32,000 nucleotides of DNA from Methanocaldococcus jannaschii DSM 2661 (GCF_000091665.1 NC_000909.1:30001-62000), one strand, 5' to 3'. Positions 1 to 8,072 are shown, counted from the stretch's first letter. Numbers and translations: made by a program. Notes: generated by a model not told the origin, from the letters alone.

Positions 1-1085
1 AGCCAGCAGAGTTTGCTCCAATAGCAGTGATGAGAATCTGTGGAATCTGTCAAACCACACACGGAATTGCCTCCTGTGAAGCTATAGAAAACGCTATTGA
101 CTGTGAAGTTCCAGATGATGGTTTGCTATTAAGGGAGTTAGTAGGAATTGGAAATAGATTGCACTCCCACCCATTACACCACCTATTGACAATTGACGAC
201 TTCTTAAAACCAGATGAGACAGATTTAAAAATTGAACTAATAAAATTAATCCAAAGAATGAGAAAGGTTGGACAATTAGTTGTAGATATTGTAGGAGGAG
301 AAGGAATCCACCCACCAAACATTGTAATTGGTGGAATGAGAACAAACATAACAGAGAGAGCTAAATCAAGACTATACTATGCATTAAGACAGTATGAAAA
401 AGATGCCTATGAGTTGTATGAGAAATACACTGAATTAATTGAAAGATACTTAGAAGAGATTGGAATCCCAGACTTAGGAGCTCATGAATATCCATATATA
501 GCAACTCACACAACATACGGAGACAGATATGCAATAAACTGGGATGATGTAACTGAAATTCCAGCCCAAAGATACTACGATGATGAAGAAGCTAAACAAA
601 CAACAACAATCCAAATTCCTTTATATGCTGGAGTTCCTGCTGAAGGAGGGCCAAGAGCAAGAATGGTCAAGTTTGGTAATTTCAGAGAAGGAGGAAGTGC
701 AATGGATATAAATATAGCAAGAGCTCAAGAGAACCTTGGAGCTGTTTATAGAGCTTTAGAGATTTTAGATGAACTCGACTTAAACGGAAAAACAAGAGCT
801 GAGGTAGAATATAAAGATGGCTTTGGAATAGGGGTTCATGAAGCTCCAAGAGCTACAAACACACACATGGCAGAAGTTGGAAAGGATGGAAAAATTAAGA
901 GCTATAGAATTATAGCGGCATCAACATGGAACTTCCCAATTGTTGAAAAGGCAATTGAAGGCTATCCACAGCAGTATGCTGAAGTCATAATGAGAGCTTA
1001 TGATATATGAGCTTCATGTGCAACACACGTTATAGTTAAAGATGAAGAGACAAAAGAGATTATAGAAGTTAGAAAAATGTTATAA
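1..1085 (+). CDS. frhA: Coenzyme F420-reducing [NiFeSe] hydrogenase alpha subunit, 5'-truncated by window edge, with UGA(1008-1010) read as selenocysteine
   Basis: The reading frame is open from nt 3 (PAEFAPIAVMRICGICQTTH...), with the L1-type RICGICxxxH nickel-binding motif. The ORF track stops at UGA 1008-1010, but the same frame continues ...MRAYDI-U-ASCATHVIVKDEETKEIIEVRKML* to TAA 1083-1085. This restores the C-terminal nickel-ligand motif UxxC, and a SECIS follows immediately. Confidence 0.96.
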
Positions 1086-1119
1086 GCCTCGAGGGGAACC
1101 CGAAAGGGACCCGAGAGGC
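1086..1119 (+). promoter_or_regulatory. Archaeal 3'-UTR SECIS element
   Basis: GCCUCGAGGG-GAA-CCC-GAAA-GGG-A-CCCGAGAGGC: long GC stem, asymmetric internal loop GAA/A, 3-bp stem and short apical loop. This matches the archaeal SECIS architecture and lies one nt after the extended frhA stop. Confidence 0.95.
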
Positions 1120-1121
1120 AT

Positions 1122-1216
1122 AACAGGACTTTCGCAGGAATAAATATTCAATGGAATATAGACATCCAAAGATGTCAAAGTTCCAAAGTGCATATATAAA
1201 CTGCGAAAGTCCTGTT
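1122..1216 (+). repeat. Palindromic element / structured RNA candidate with 16-bp perfect terminal inverted repeats
   Basis: AACAGGACTTTCGCAG (1122-1137) is the exact reverse complement of CTGCGAAAGTCCTGTT (1201-1216). It encloses TGGAA/TTCCA and hairpin GACATC-CAAA-GATGTC (1161-1176). Confidence 0.8.
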
Positions 1217-1254
1217 TCTTTGGAAGCTTAAATTAAACCCTTAAAAAACTTAAA

Positions 1255-1806
1255 ATGAATGAAACCATGAAGGCAGAGATAGAAAGCCAAGATGATGAAT
1301 TGTTTGATTTAACCCCTTCATATTTAAAAAAAGAGATTATGGTCTTAGCTTGTGGTAATATACTATTTGCCGATGATGGCTTTAGCGTTCATGTCATTGA
1401 AAAATTAAACAAAATCTTAACTGACAAAGAAAAACAAAAAATTGCCTTAGTTGATGCTGGAGCTGGAGCCCCTCAGCAAGTTTTAACATTAATAGATGAA
1501 AACTCTAAAACAAAAAAAATAATTGTTGTTGATGTAATTGATTGGGGAATAAAACCAGGAGAAATAAAAATAATTGAGAAGGATGAGCTTCCAAATCCAA
1601 AATATCATAGATTAGATTCTCATGACTGGCCTTTAGCTCCTTTATTAAGGGAAGTTGCTGAAAAATATAATATAGAGGTTAAAGTTGTCGGCTGTCAAGC
1701 CAAGTATATTTCTGAGCCAGATGTTTATATTGGGTTGAGTGAAGAGGTTGAAAAAGCCGTTGATAAGGCAGTTGAGATAATTCTTAGAGAGTTGAGAGGT
1801 GATTAA
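1255..1806 (+). CDS. frhD: Hydrogenase maturation endopeptidase (HybD/HyaD/FrhD family)
   Basis: [23 protein letters not shown]... VGCQAKYI; family-typical G-N-x-L-x-x-D-D motif; located between frhA and frhG. Confidence 0.9.
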
Positions 1807-2491
1807 AGTGGTTAAAGTTGCTCATGTTCAATTATGCAGTTGTTGCGGTTGCTTAGTGTCTTTAGCAGACACATATGAAAAGCTTTTAGATGTTTTGAAT
1901 TCAATTGAGTTGGTTTATTGTCAAACTTTAGCAGATGCAAGAGAAATTCCTGAATGCGATATTGCTTTAGTTGAAGGCTCTGTCTGTTTAGATGACCACC
2001 ACTCATTGGAAGTAGCTCAAGAAGTTAGAAAGAAGGCAAAAATTGTTGTTGCCTTAGGAGCATGTGCTGCAACAGGAGGGGTTACAAGATACTGTAAAGG
2101 AAACCAATTATCAAAGCCTGTTCATAGCTCATTCTCTCCATTAACTGAAGTCATTAAAGTAGATTTAGCAATTCCTGGATGCCCACCTTCACCAGAGGCA
2201 ATCGTGGGAGTAATTACAGCAGCATTAAACGGAGATATGGAGTATCTACAACCTTATGCTGAATTGGCAGAAAAAGGAAGTGAAGCTTGCGGATGTGATG
2301 TTATCTACAAAGTTGTCAATAAATCCCTTTGCATGGGATGTGGAACTTGTGCTGCTGCTTGTCCAACAAGAGCTATAGAAATGTTAGATGGAAGGCCAAA
2401 TGTCTTGAAAGAACTCTGTATTAAGTGTGGAGCTTGCTCTGTCCAGTGTCCAAGAATTAGATTCCCAGAGTTAATTGAGAAAATAGAATAA
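1799..2491 (+). CDS. frhG: Coenzyme F420-reducing hydrogenase gamma (small) subunit
   Basis: [16 protein letters not shown]... LGACAATGG... two ferredoxin-type motifs [12 protein letters not shown] and [12 protein letters not shown]; overlaps frhD. Start may be one of several GTG codons. Confidence 0.93.
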
Positions 2492-2510
2492 AATAATATA
2501 ATATAATTTT

Positions 2511-3374
2511 TTGAGGTGGAATAGGATGAATCCTTTTGGTAGCTATAAAAAAGTTGTCTCAGCAAGGAGTACATTAAAAGAAGTTTTAAAGAAGGCTCAG
2601 GATGGGGGAATCGTTTCAACAGCTTTTATTTATGGATTAGAAAATAATTTATTAGATGGAGTTATAGTTGCAGACAACGCTGGGGAGTTTAAGGCAGTTC
2701 CTAAAGTAGCTACAACACCAGAAGAAGTTTTAGAGGCAGCTGGAACAAAATATACAGTCTGCCCAAACATTTCAGTATTAAAGAGTGCTGTTAGAGAATA
2801 TGGCTGTGAAAAAATTGGAGTTGTTGGAACACCTTGCCAAGTTAGAGCTGTAAGAAAGTTGATGAAATATCCAGTAGGATTTAGACACGTTCCAGATAAG
2901 ATTGCTTTAATAATCGGAATCTTCTGTATGGAGAACTTCCCATACTACGGATTGAAGTTGATTGTTGAAGAACACTGTGGAGTTAAGATGGAGGATGTCG
3001 TCAAGATGGATATTGGAAAGGGTAAGTTCTGGGTCTATACAAGATGGGGAGAGACAAAAGCGATTAAATTAAAAGAAACTCATCCTTATGAACAAATCGC
3101 TTGCCATGTTTGTACAGATTATACCGCAGAGTTGGCAGATATTTCAACAGGTTCAGTTGGAAGCCCAGACGGATGGAGCACTGTATTTATAAGAACTGCT
3201 AAGGGAGAAGAAATATTTAACAAAATGGTTGAAGATGGGTATTTAGAAGTTAAACCAATAGAAGAAGTTAAACCAGGATTAGGATTAGTTGAGAAATTAG
3301 CACTGCAAAAGAAAGAGAAAAACATGAAAGAAATCGAACATAGAAAAGAGCTCGGACTACCTATTCCATACTAA
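2511..3374 (+). CDS. frhB: Coenzyme F420-reducing hydrogenase beta subunit
   Basis: [16 protein letters not shown]... [16 protein letters not shown]... [11 protein letters not shown]; classic FrhB family sequence and operon position. Confidence 0.94.
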
Positions 3375-3439
3375 GAGGCACTGCCGAGCGTAGCGAGGCA
3401 GTGCATCCGTTTTGATGAACCTTTTACTAAAAGGTTCAT
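3375..3439 (+). repeat. GC-rich double-hairpin palindromic element (type B) at the frhB 3' end
   Basis: Hairpin GCACTGCC-gagcgtagcga-GGCAGTGC (3378-3404) and hairpin GAACCTTTT-act-AAAAGGTTC (3417-3437), joined by catccgttttgat. Confidence 0.85.
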
Positions 3440-3490
3440 GTGAAGGAAATAGAGCATAGGAAAGAATTAGGATTACCAGTGCCTTATTAA
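3440..3490 (+). pseudogene. Stranded second copy of the frhB terminal 17 codons ([16 protein letters not shown])
   Basis: Aligns without gaps to 3324-3374 ([16 protein letters not shown]): 37/51 nt identical, 14/16 residues identical; followed by a T-rich terminator-like tract. Confidence 0.85.
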
Positions 3491-3628
3491 AAATATTACT
3501 ATTTTCTTGTTCTTTTTTTATTTATACTATGCCAATTTTTTCATTTAGGATTATTTTTTTCATCAAAGCTATTTTGATTTATAAGTTTTAAATATCTGAT
3601 GAGGGTATCCTATTTTTGGTGATAAAAA

Positions 3629-5248
3629 ATGAAAACTGATATCTTAATTATAGGCGGAGGAGGAGCTGCTGCAAGGGCGGCAATAGAATGCAGAGATAAG
3701 AATGTCATAATAGCTGTTAAGGGATTGTTTGGAAAGAGTGGATGCACAGTTATGGCTGAAGGAGGTTATAACGCAGTATTTAATCCAAAAGATAGCTTTA
3801 AGAAGCATTTTTATGACACAGTAAAAGGAGGGGGATTTATAAACAATCCAAAGCTGGTAGAGATTTTAGTTAAAAATGCTCCTAAAGAGCTTTTGAACTT
3901 AGAAAGGTTTGGAGCTTTGTTTGATAGGACTGAAGATGGCTTTATAGCTCAAAGACCATTTGGAGGGCAGAGTTTTAATAGAACTTGCTACTGTGGAGAT
4001 AGAACAGGACATGAAATAATGAGAGGTTTAATGGAATATATCTCAAAATTTGAAAGGATTAAGATTTTAGAGGAGGTTATGGCAATAAAGTTGATTGTTA
4101 AAGATAACAGATGCTATGGAGCGATATTTTTAGATTTAAAGACTGGGAATATATTTCCAATATTTGCTAAAGCAACTATATTGGCAACTGGAGGAGCTGG
4201 GCAACTATATCCAATAACATCCAATCCAATACAAAAGACTGGAGATGGTTTTGCTATAGCTTATAATGAAGGAGCTGAACTTATAGACATGGAGATGGTT
4301 CAATTCCATCCAACTGGAATGGTTGGGACTGGAATTTTAGTTACAGAGGCCGTGAGAGGAGAAGGAGGAATTTTATACAATAAATATAAAGAGAGATTCA
4401 TGGTAAGATACGACAAGGAGAGAATGGAGCTATCGACAAGGGATGTTGTTGCAAGAGCTATATATAAAGAGATTCAAGAAGGTAGAGGAGTTAATGGAGG
4501 AGTTTATTTAGACGTTTCTCATTTGCCTAATGAGGTTATTGAAAAGAAGTTAGAAACTATGTTAAAGCAATTTTTGAGAGTAGGAATTGATATTAGAAAG
4601 GAGCCGATGATTGTTTCTCCGACTGCTCATCATTTTATGGGAGGTTTAAAGATTAATGAAAGATGTGAAACCAATATAATTGGATTATTTGCATGTGGAG
4701 AGGTTACAGGGGGAGTTCATGGAGCTAATAGATTAGGAGGGAACGCTTTAGCAGATACCCAGGTCTTTGGAGCTATTGCTGGAAAATCTGCCAAAGAGTT
4801 TGTTGAAAATCATGATTTTAATAATATTGATGCTGAAGAAGATGTTGCCAAAATATTGGAGGAGATAAATAGCTTGAAAGGAGATTTAAACGTCTATAAT
4901 TTAATTGAAGATTTGAGAAAGGTTATGTGGGATTATGTATCCATTATTAGAAATGAGGATGGATTAAAAAAAGCCTTAGAAAAAATTGATGAAATTGAGA
5001 GAAATATAGATAATGTCAAAGTTAATGGAATTATTGACTTGCAGAACTACTTTGAATTGAAAAACATGGTTGTTGTTGCTAAGTTGGTTACAAAATCTGC
5101 TTTATATAGAAAGGAGAGTAGAGGAGCACATTATAGGGAAGACTTTCCAGAAACAAAGGAAGAGTGGAGAGGAAATATTATTATAAAAGGAAAAAAGATG
5201 TGGTTTGAAAAGTTGGATTATAGTGTCTTTCAAAACTTCTTGGAATAA
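3629..5248 (+). CDS. tfrA: FAD-dependent fumarate reductase / thiol:fumarate reductase subunit A-like flavoprotein
   Basis: MKTDILIIGGGGAAARAAIE... QFHPTGMVGTG... HHFMGG... EVTGGVHGANRLGGNALADTQVFG; SdhA/FrdA/NadB signatures. Confidence 0.9.
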   Translation: MKTDILIIGGGGAAARAAIECRDKNVIIAVKGLFGKSGCTVMAEGGYNAVFNPKDSFKKHFYDTVKGGGFINNPKLVEILVKNAPKELLNLERFGALFDRTEDGFIAQRPFGGQSFNRTCYCGDRTGHEIMRGLMEYISKFERIKILEEVMAIKLIVKDNRCYGAIFLDLKTGNIFPIFAKATILATGGAGQLYPITSNPIQKTGDGFAIAYNEGAELIDMEMVQFHPTGMVGTGILVTEAVRGEGGILYNKYKERFMVRYDKERMELSTRDVVARAIYKEIQEGRGVNGGVYLDVSHLPNEVIEKKLETMLKQFLRVGIDIRKEPMIVSPTAHHFMGGLKINERCETNIIGLFACGEVTGGVHGANRLGGNALADTQVFGAIAGKSAKEFVENHDFNNIDAEEDVAKILEEINSLKGDLNVYNLIEDLRKVMWDYVSIIRNEDGLKKALEKIDEIERNIDNVKVNGIIDLQNYFELKNMVVVAKLVTKSALYRKESRGAHYREDFPETKEEWRGNIIIKGKKMWFEKLDYSVFQNFLE

Positions 5249-5261
5249 CTGAGGTATAAAT

Positions 5262-5287
5262 GAACGCCTTCCGAAGGAAGGGCGTTC
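5262..5287 (+). repeat. GC-rich hairpin after tfrA
   Basis: GAACGCC-TTCC-gaa-GGAA-g-GGCGTTC immediately downstream of the tfrA stop. Confidence 0.7.
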
Positions 5288-5315
5288 AAACCTTCCTTAG
5301 TAAATTTTTATTAAT

Positions 5316-5360
5316 TTTGAAAGACACTACGATGTTGATGAATATCTAAAAAATCTTTAA
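5316..5360 (+). pseudogene. Possible stranded ancestral tail of tfrA (FERHYDVDEYLKNL*)
   Basis: Same length to stop (15 codons) as the in-frame tfrA tail FEKLDYSVFQNFLE* (5204-5248), offset 112 bp; the amino-acid similarity is only partial. Confidence 0.5.
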
Positions 5361-5371
5361 AATAATGGTTT

Positions 5372-5428
5372 GGCTCAGCTGCGGGAGTAGTCATCACAGA
5401 ATCAGATAGCGAAATTGTCATCATCGCC
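5372..5428 (-). ncRNA. Double-guide C/D box sRNA (2'-O-methylation guide, predicted 23S rRNA targets)
   Basis: Minus strand: GGCG-ATGATGA(C)-caatttcgctat-CTGA(D')-ttctg-TGATGA(C')-ctactcccgcag-CTGA(D)-GCC. All four boxes are perfect, with two 12-nt guides, a 5-nt D'-C' spacer and a terminal GGC/GCC stem. Confidence 0.93.
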
Positions 5429-5436
5429 AAATATTT

Positions 5437-6387
5437 TTATAAATCCCCTATCATTCCCTTAACAATTATTTCAGTTGCCTCATCCTCATCCAATCCCTTA
5501 GCCATCAACGTCTCTAACTGCTTTTTATCAACACTTCCAATTGCCGCCTCATGGGTTATTCTTGCTTTATCATCTCTAACAACAACTATTGGGATTGATT
5601 CAACCTCAGCATTTCCTTTAACTATTTCAGCACAATCAATATGTCCTTTGCTGTATGGAGCGTTTCCTTCAATCTTTAACTTTAGGGATATTTTTGAGTT
5701 ATCCATCGCCGCTCCTCTACTCTTTATAATGCATTTAGCATTTTCTCCATTCAACTTAACAACTTCATTAACCTTAACAACATCCTCCTTTATAGCGTAT
5801 GTTCTTGTGGTTATATCAATTATTGCATCTTTTTTGGCAATAATCTCCTGTTCTATATCCAAAGTCCCTATCCTTCCCTTAGTTAATGTGAAGTTTGATA
5901 TATAGATGCCACCTTCATCAATCTCAACTTTTACAGTTGGCTTAACTAAAATATCTCCATCCATTCCATGGTAGTGGAATTCATTATAGGAGAACTTTGC
6001 ATTCTTACCAATCTTTATAATGCCGTTCATAATATGCTTAATTCCTTTACCTTTTGGAAATGAGCAGTGAGACATTAGAGAGATTGAGCTATCCTCCTCT
6101 AAGATGATTTCAACATCTATGATTTGAGATATATTTTCCTCAGTGATTCCAAAGCACATGTGAATTGGGTATTTAAATTTATAGCCTTTTTTAACAATAA
6201 TCTTTGCCTTTATCTTTCCATCCTCTTCCTTCCCTTCTAATATTATTCCTTCATCTCCTTGAACATCAATAATCCTACTCTCTTTAACAATGATTCTTGG
6301 TCCTTTACCATGAACAATCTCTTCAGGTTTTTCAGACGTATATTTAATTGCTTCAATTATTTCCATTAATTCCTCTTTGATGCTCAT
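5437..6387 (-). CDS. SufB/SufD-like Fe-S cluster assembly scaffold protein
   Basis: Beta-helix-rich sequence with C-terminal SRGAAMDNSKISLKLKIEGNAPYSKGHIDCAEIVKGNAEVESIPIVVVRDDKARITHEAAIGSVDKKQLETLMAKGLDEDEATEIIVKGMIG, characteristic of the SufBD core; paired with sufC. Confidence 0.9.
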   Translation of the reverse strand: MSIKEELMEIIEAIKYTSEKPEEIVHGKGPRIIVKESRIIDVQGDEGIILEGKEEDGKIKAKIIVKKGYKFKYPIHMCFGITEENISQIIDVEIILEEDSSISLMSHCSFPKGKGIKHIMNGIIKIGKNAKFSYNEFHYHGMDGDILVKPTVKVEIDEGGIYISNFTLTKGRIGTLDIEQEIIAKKDAIIDITTRTYAIKEDVVKVNEVVKLNGENAKCIIKSRGAAMDNSKISLKLKIEGNAPYSKGHIDCAEIVKGNAEVESIPIVVVRDDKARITHEAAIGSVDKKQLETLMAKGLDEDEATEIIVKGMIGDL

Positions 6388-6411
6388 TTCTCTCCCTCTG
6401 GGATTTTAATT

Positions 6412-6450
6412 TTATTCCCTCTCCTCTGGGACTTTTTTGTAGCATTTTCC
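6412..6450 (-). pseudogene. Stranded second copy of the sufC tail (GKCYKKVPEERE*)
   Basis: Minus strand GGAAAATGCTACAAAAAAGTCCCA... aligns to in-gene 6541-6564 GGAAAATGCTATAAGAAAGTGCCA: 21/24 nt identical, 8/8 residues identical. Confidence 0.85.
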
Positions 6451-6518
6451 TCAGCATAGGAGAAACTCCTATTGCGATACCTATAACACCTCCTCGCTTC
6501 GCTCGGAGGTGTAAATTA
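6451..6518 (-). repeat. GC-rich palindromic element (type A) between sufC and sufBD
   Basis: Contains ACACCTCC-tcgcttcgct-C-GGAGGTGT (6486-6512) and ATAGGAG-aaa-CTCCTAT (6456-6472). The reverse complement is nearly identical to the 30248-30308 element. Confidence 0.87.
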
Positions 6519-6528
6519 TTTTGTAGGA

Positions 6529-7269
6529 CTATTTTCCATCTGGCACTTTCTTATAGCATTTTCCACACTCTTTTTTATAAAACTCTCCAACTTCCTTTGG
6601 GTCTCCACTCTTTATAACCTCTCCAGCACAGATTAAAGAGACTCTATCGGCATGTTCAGCTAACTCCTCTCTGTGTGTAATAACTAATAAAGAACATCCT
6701 TTATCCTTTAAATAGTCAAAAACTCTCTTAATCTCATCAAATGATACAATATCTATCCCACTATCTGGCTCATCTAAGATAGCCAAATCCGGCTCCATAC
6801 AGATAATTGAAGCTAACTCTATCCTCTTTCGCTCTCCTCCACTTAGTGTTTCATCCACATATCTATCTAAATATTTGTCTGGGTCTAAATTTACCAATTT
6901 TAAAGCTTCCCTAATTTTTTCCTCTGCTATTTCTTTATCTTTCTTATACTTTTCATTCATTCCAAGCATTAAGTAGTTTTTAACTTTAATCCCCTCAAAT
7001 CTTGCAGGTTCCTGCCAAGCTAAAGTCATTCCCATCCTCGCCCTTTCAGTAATATTTTTATCAATTATATCAACACCTTTAAATATAATCCTTCCCTTAG
7101 TTGGTTTATATCCGGAAATTCCCATTATTGTATAAGCTAAGGTTGATTTTCCCGCTCCATTCGGCCCTATAATTGCATGAATCTCATTTTCCTCTACAGT
7201 TAAATTTACACCTTTTAAAATCTCTCTGTTCCCTCTATAAACATGTAAATCCTCTACTTTTAATAACAT
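6529..7269 (-). CDS. sufC: SufC-like Fe-S assembly ATPase (ABC ATPase)
   Basis: Walker A GPNGAGKST, signature LSGGERKR, Walker B LAILDEPDSGID; start taken at MLLKVEDLHV rather than the upstream ORF-track start. Confidence 0.92.
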   Translation of the reverse strand: MLLKVEDLHVYRGNREILKGVNLTVEENEIHAIIGPNGAGKSTLAYTIMGISGYKPTKGRIIFKGVDIIDKNITERARMGMTLAWQEPARFEGIKVKNYLMLGMNEKYKKDKEIAEEKIREALKLVNLDPDKYLDRYVDETLSGGERKRIELASIICMEPDLAILDEPDSGIDIVSFDEIKRVFDYLKDKGCSLLVITHREELAEHADRVSLICAGEVIKSGDPKEVGEFYKKECGKCYKKVPDGK

Positions 7270-7381
7270 GATACTCACCAAAAATTATAAATAGGTCTTT
7301 TGTGAATGTTCATTAAAAGCGGATATATTTTTAATAGCTCATACAATAAAAAGATTACCATATCGATAAAATAAAAATAAC

Positions 7382-7401
7382 AAAAACATGCCAGGTCTCT
7401 T
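7382..7401 (+). repeat. Left copy of 20-bp direct repeat flanking the 7407-7499 element
   Basis: AAAAACATGCCAGGTCTCTT, identical to 7505-7524. Confidence 0.9.
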
Positions 7402-7406
7402 CAGAC

Positions 7407-7499
7407 CCATAGGGAAACCCCTATTGAGATACCCGAGTGGGGCTTCACTACGTTCAGCCCCACTGTAGTCTAGTATCCCAATAGGGCGAAGCCCTATGG
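7407..7499 (+). repeat. Palindromic element, fullest type A copy, upstream of rps15
   Basis: Arm 1 CCATAGGGAAACCCCTATTGAGATAC (7407-7432), central hairpin AGTGGGGCT...AGCCCCACT (7436-7464), arm 2 GTATCCCAATAGGGCGAAGCCCTATGG (7473-7499), near reverse-complement of arm 1. Confidence 0.9.
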
Positions 7500-7504
7500 A
7501 AATA

Positions 7505-7524
7505 AAAAACATGCCAGGTCTCTT
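7505..7524 (+). repeat. Right copy of 20-bp direct repeat flanking the 7407-7499 element
   Basis: AAAAACATGCCAGGTCTCTT, identical to 7382-7401. Confidence 0.9.
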
Positions 7525-7550
7525 TGGACTGGCGACCATCGGGTGATAGA

Positions 7551-8012
7551 ATGGCAAGAATGCACGCAAGAAAAAGAGGTCGCTCCGGTTCAAAGAGACC
7601 CGTCAGGAAGGAAGTTCCTGAATGGGTCCAATACACACCGGAGCAAGTAGAGCAGTTAGTAGTAGAGTTAGCTAAGAAAGGTTACCAGTCAGCACAGATT
7701 GGTTTGATATTGAGAGATACCTACGGAATTCCAGATGTTAAGTTAATTACTGGTAAAAAAATCAGTAAGATTATGAAAGAACACGGCTTATATCCAAAAG
7801 TTCCAGAGGATTTATTGAACTTAATGAGAAGAGCTGTCAATTTAAGAAAACACTTAGAACAGCACCCAAAAGACTTGCACTCAAAGAGAGGTTTGCAGTT
7901 AATTGAATCAAAGATTAGAAGATTAGTCAAATACTACAAGTCAAAAGGTGTGTTACCAGCAGATTGGAGATACACACCAGAAACAGCAAGATTGTTGGTC
8001 GAACAAGCATAA
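7551..8012 (+). CDS. rps15: Ribosomal protein S15 (archaeal uS15)
   Basis: [44 protein letters not shown]... [37 protein letters not shown]. Confidence 0.97.
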
Positions 8013-8072
8013 AGCTTTCTTCTATTTTTCTCTTTTATTTTTAAGTTTATAAAACCTCAATTAAGTGATTTT

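Noticed and set aside
50-349. Antisense ORFs within frhA (50-349, 94-345), and similarly 1812-2006, 2305-2619, 3119-3325, 5648-5905, 8138-8320, 8875-9219, 10841-11122, 12108-12576, 16087-16320, 19541-20281, 21987-22244, 22986-23171, 25177-25482, 26879-27100, 29765-30076 and 31711-31911
   Set aside because: All are opposite to well-supported genes, lack recognisable domains, and have composition expected from the antisense of AT-rich codon usage.
1086-1119. GC-rich hairpin after frhA considered as a copy of the palindromic repeat family or a terminator
   Set aside because: The GAA/A internal loop and position next to a Sec UGA gene identify it as SECIS; it lacks the GAGCGtAGCGA core of the repeat family.
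7339-7636. ORFs on the minus strand (7339-7593, 7454-7636) with repeated peptides [23 protein letters not shown] / PIGILDYSG
   Set aside because: They are translations of the palindromic element and its flanking direct repeats and overlap the rps15 start; no independent coding evidence.
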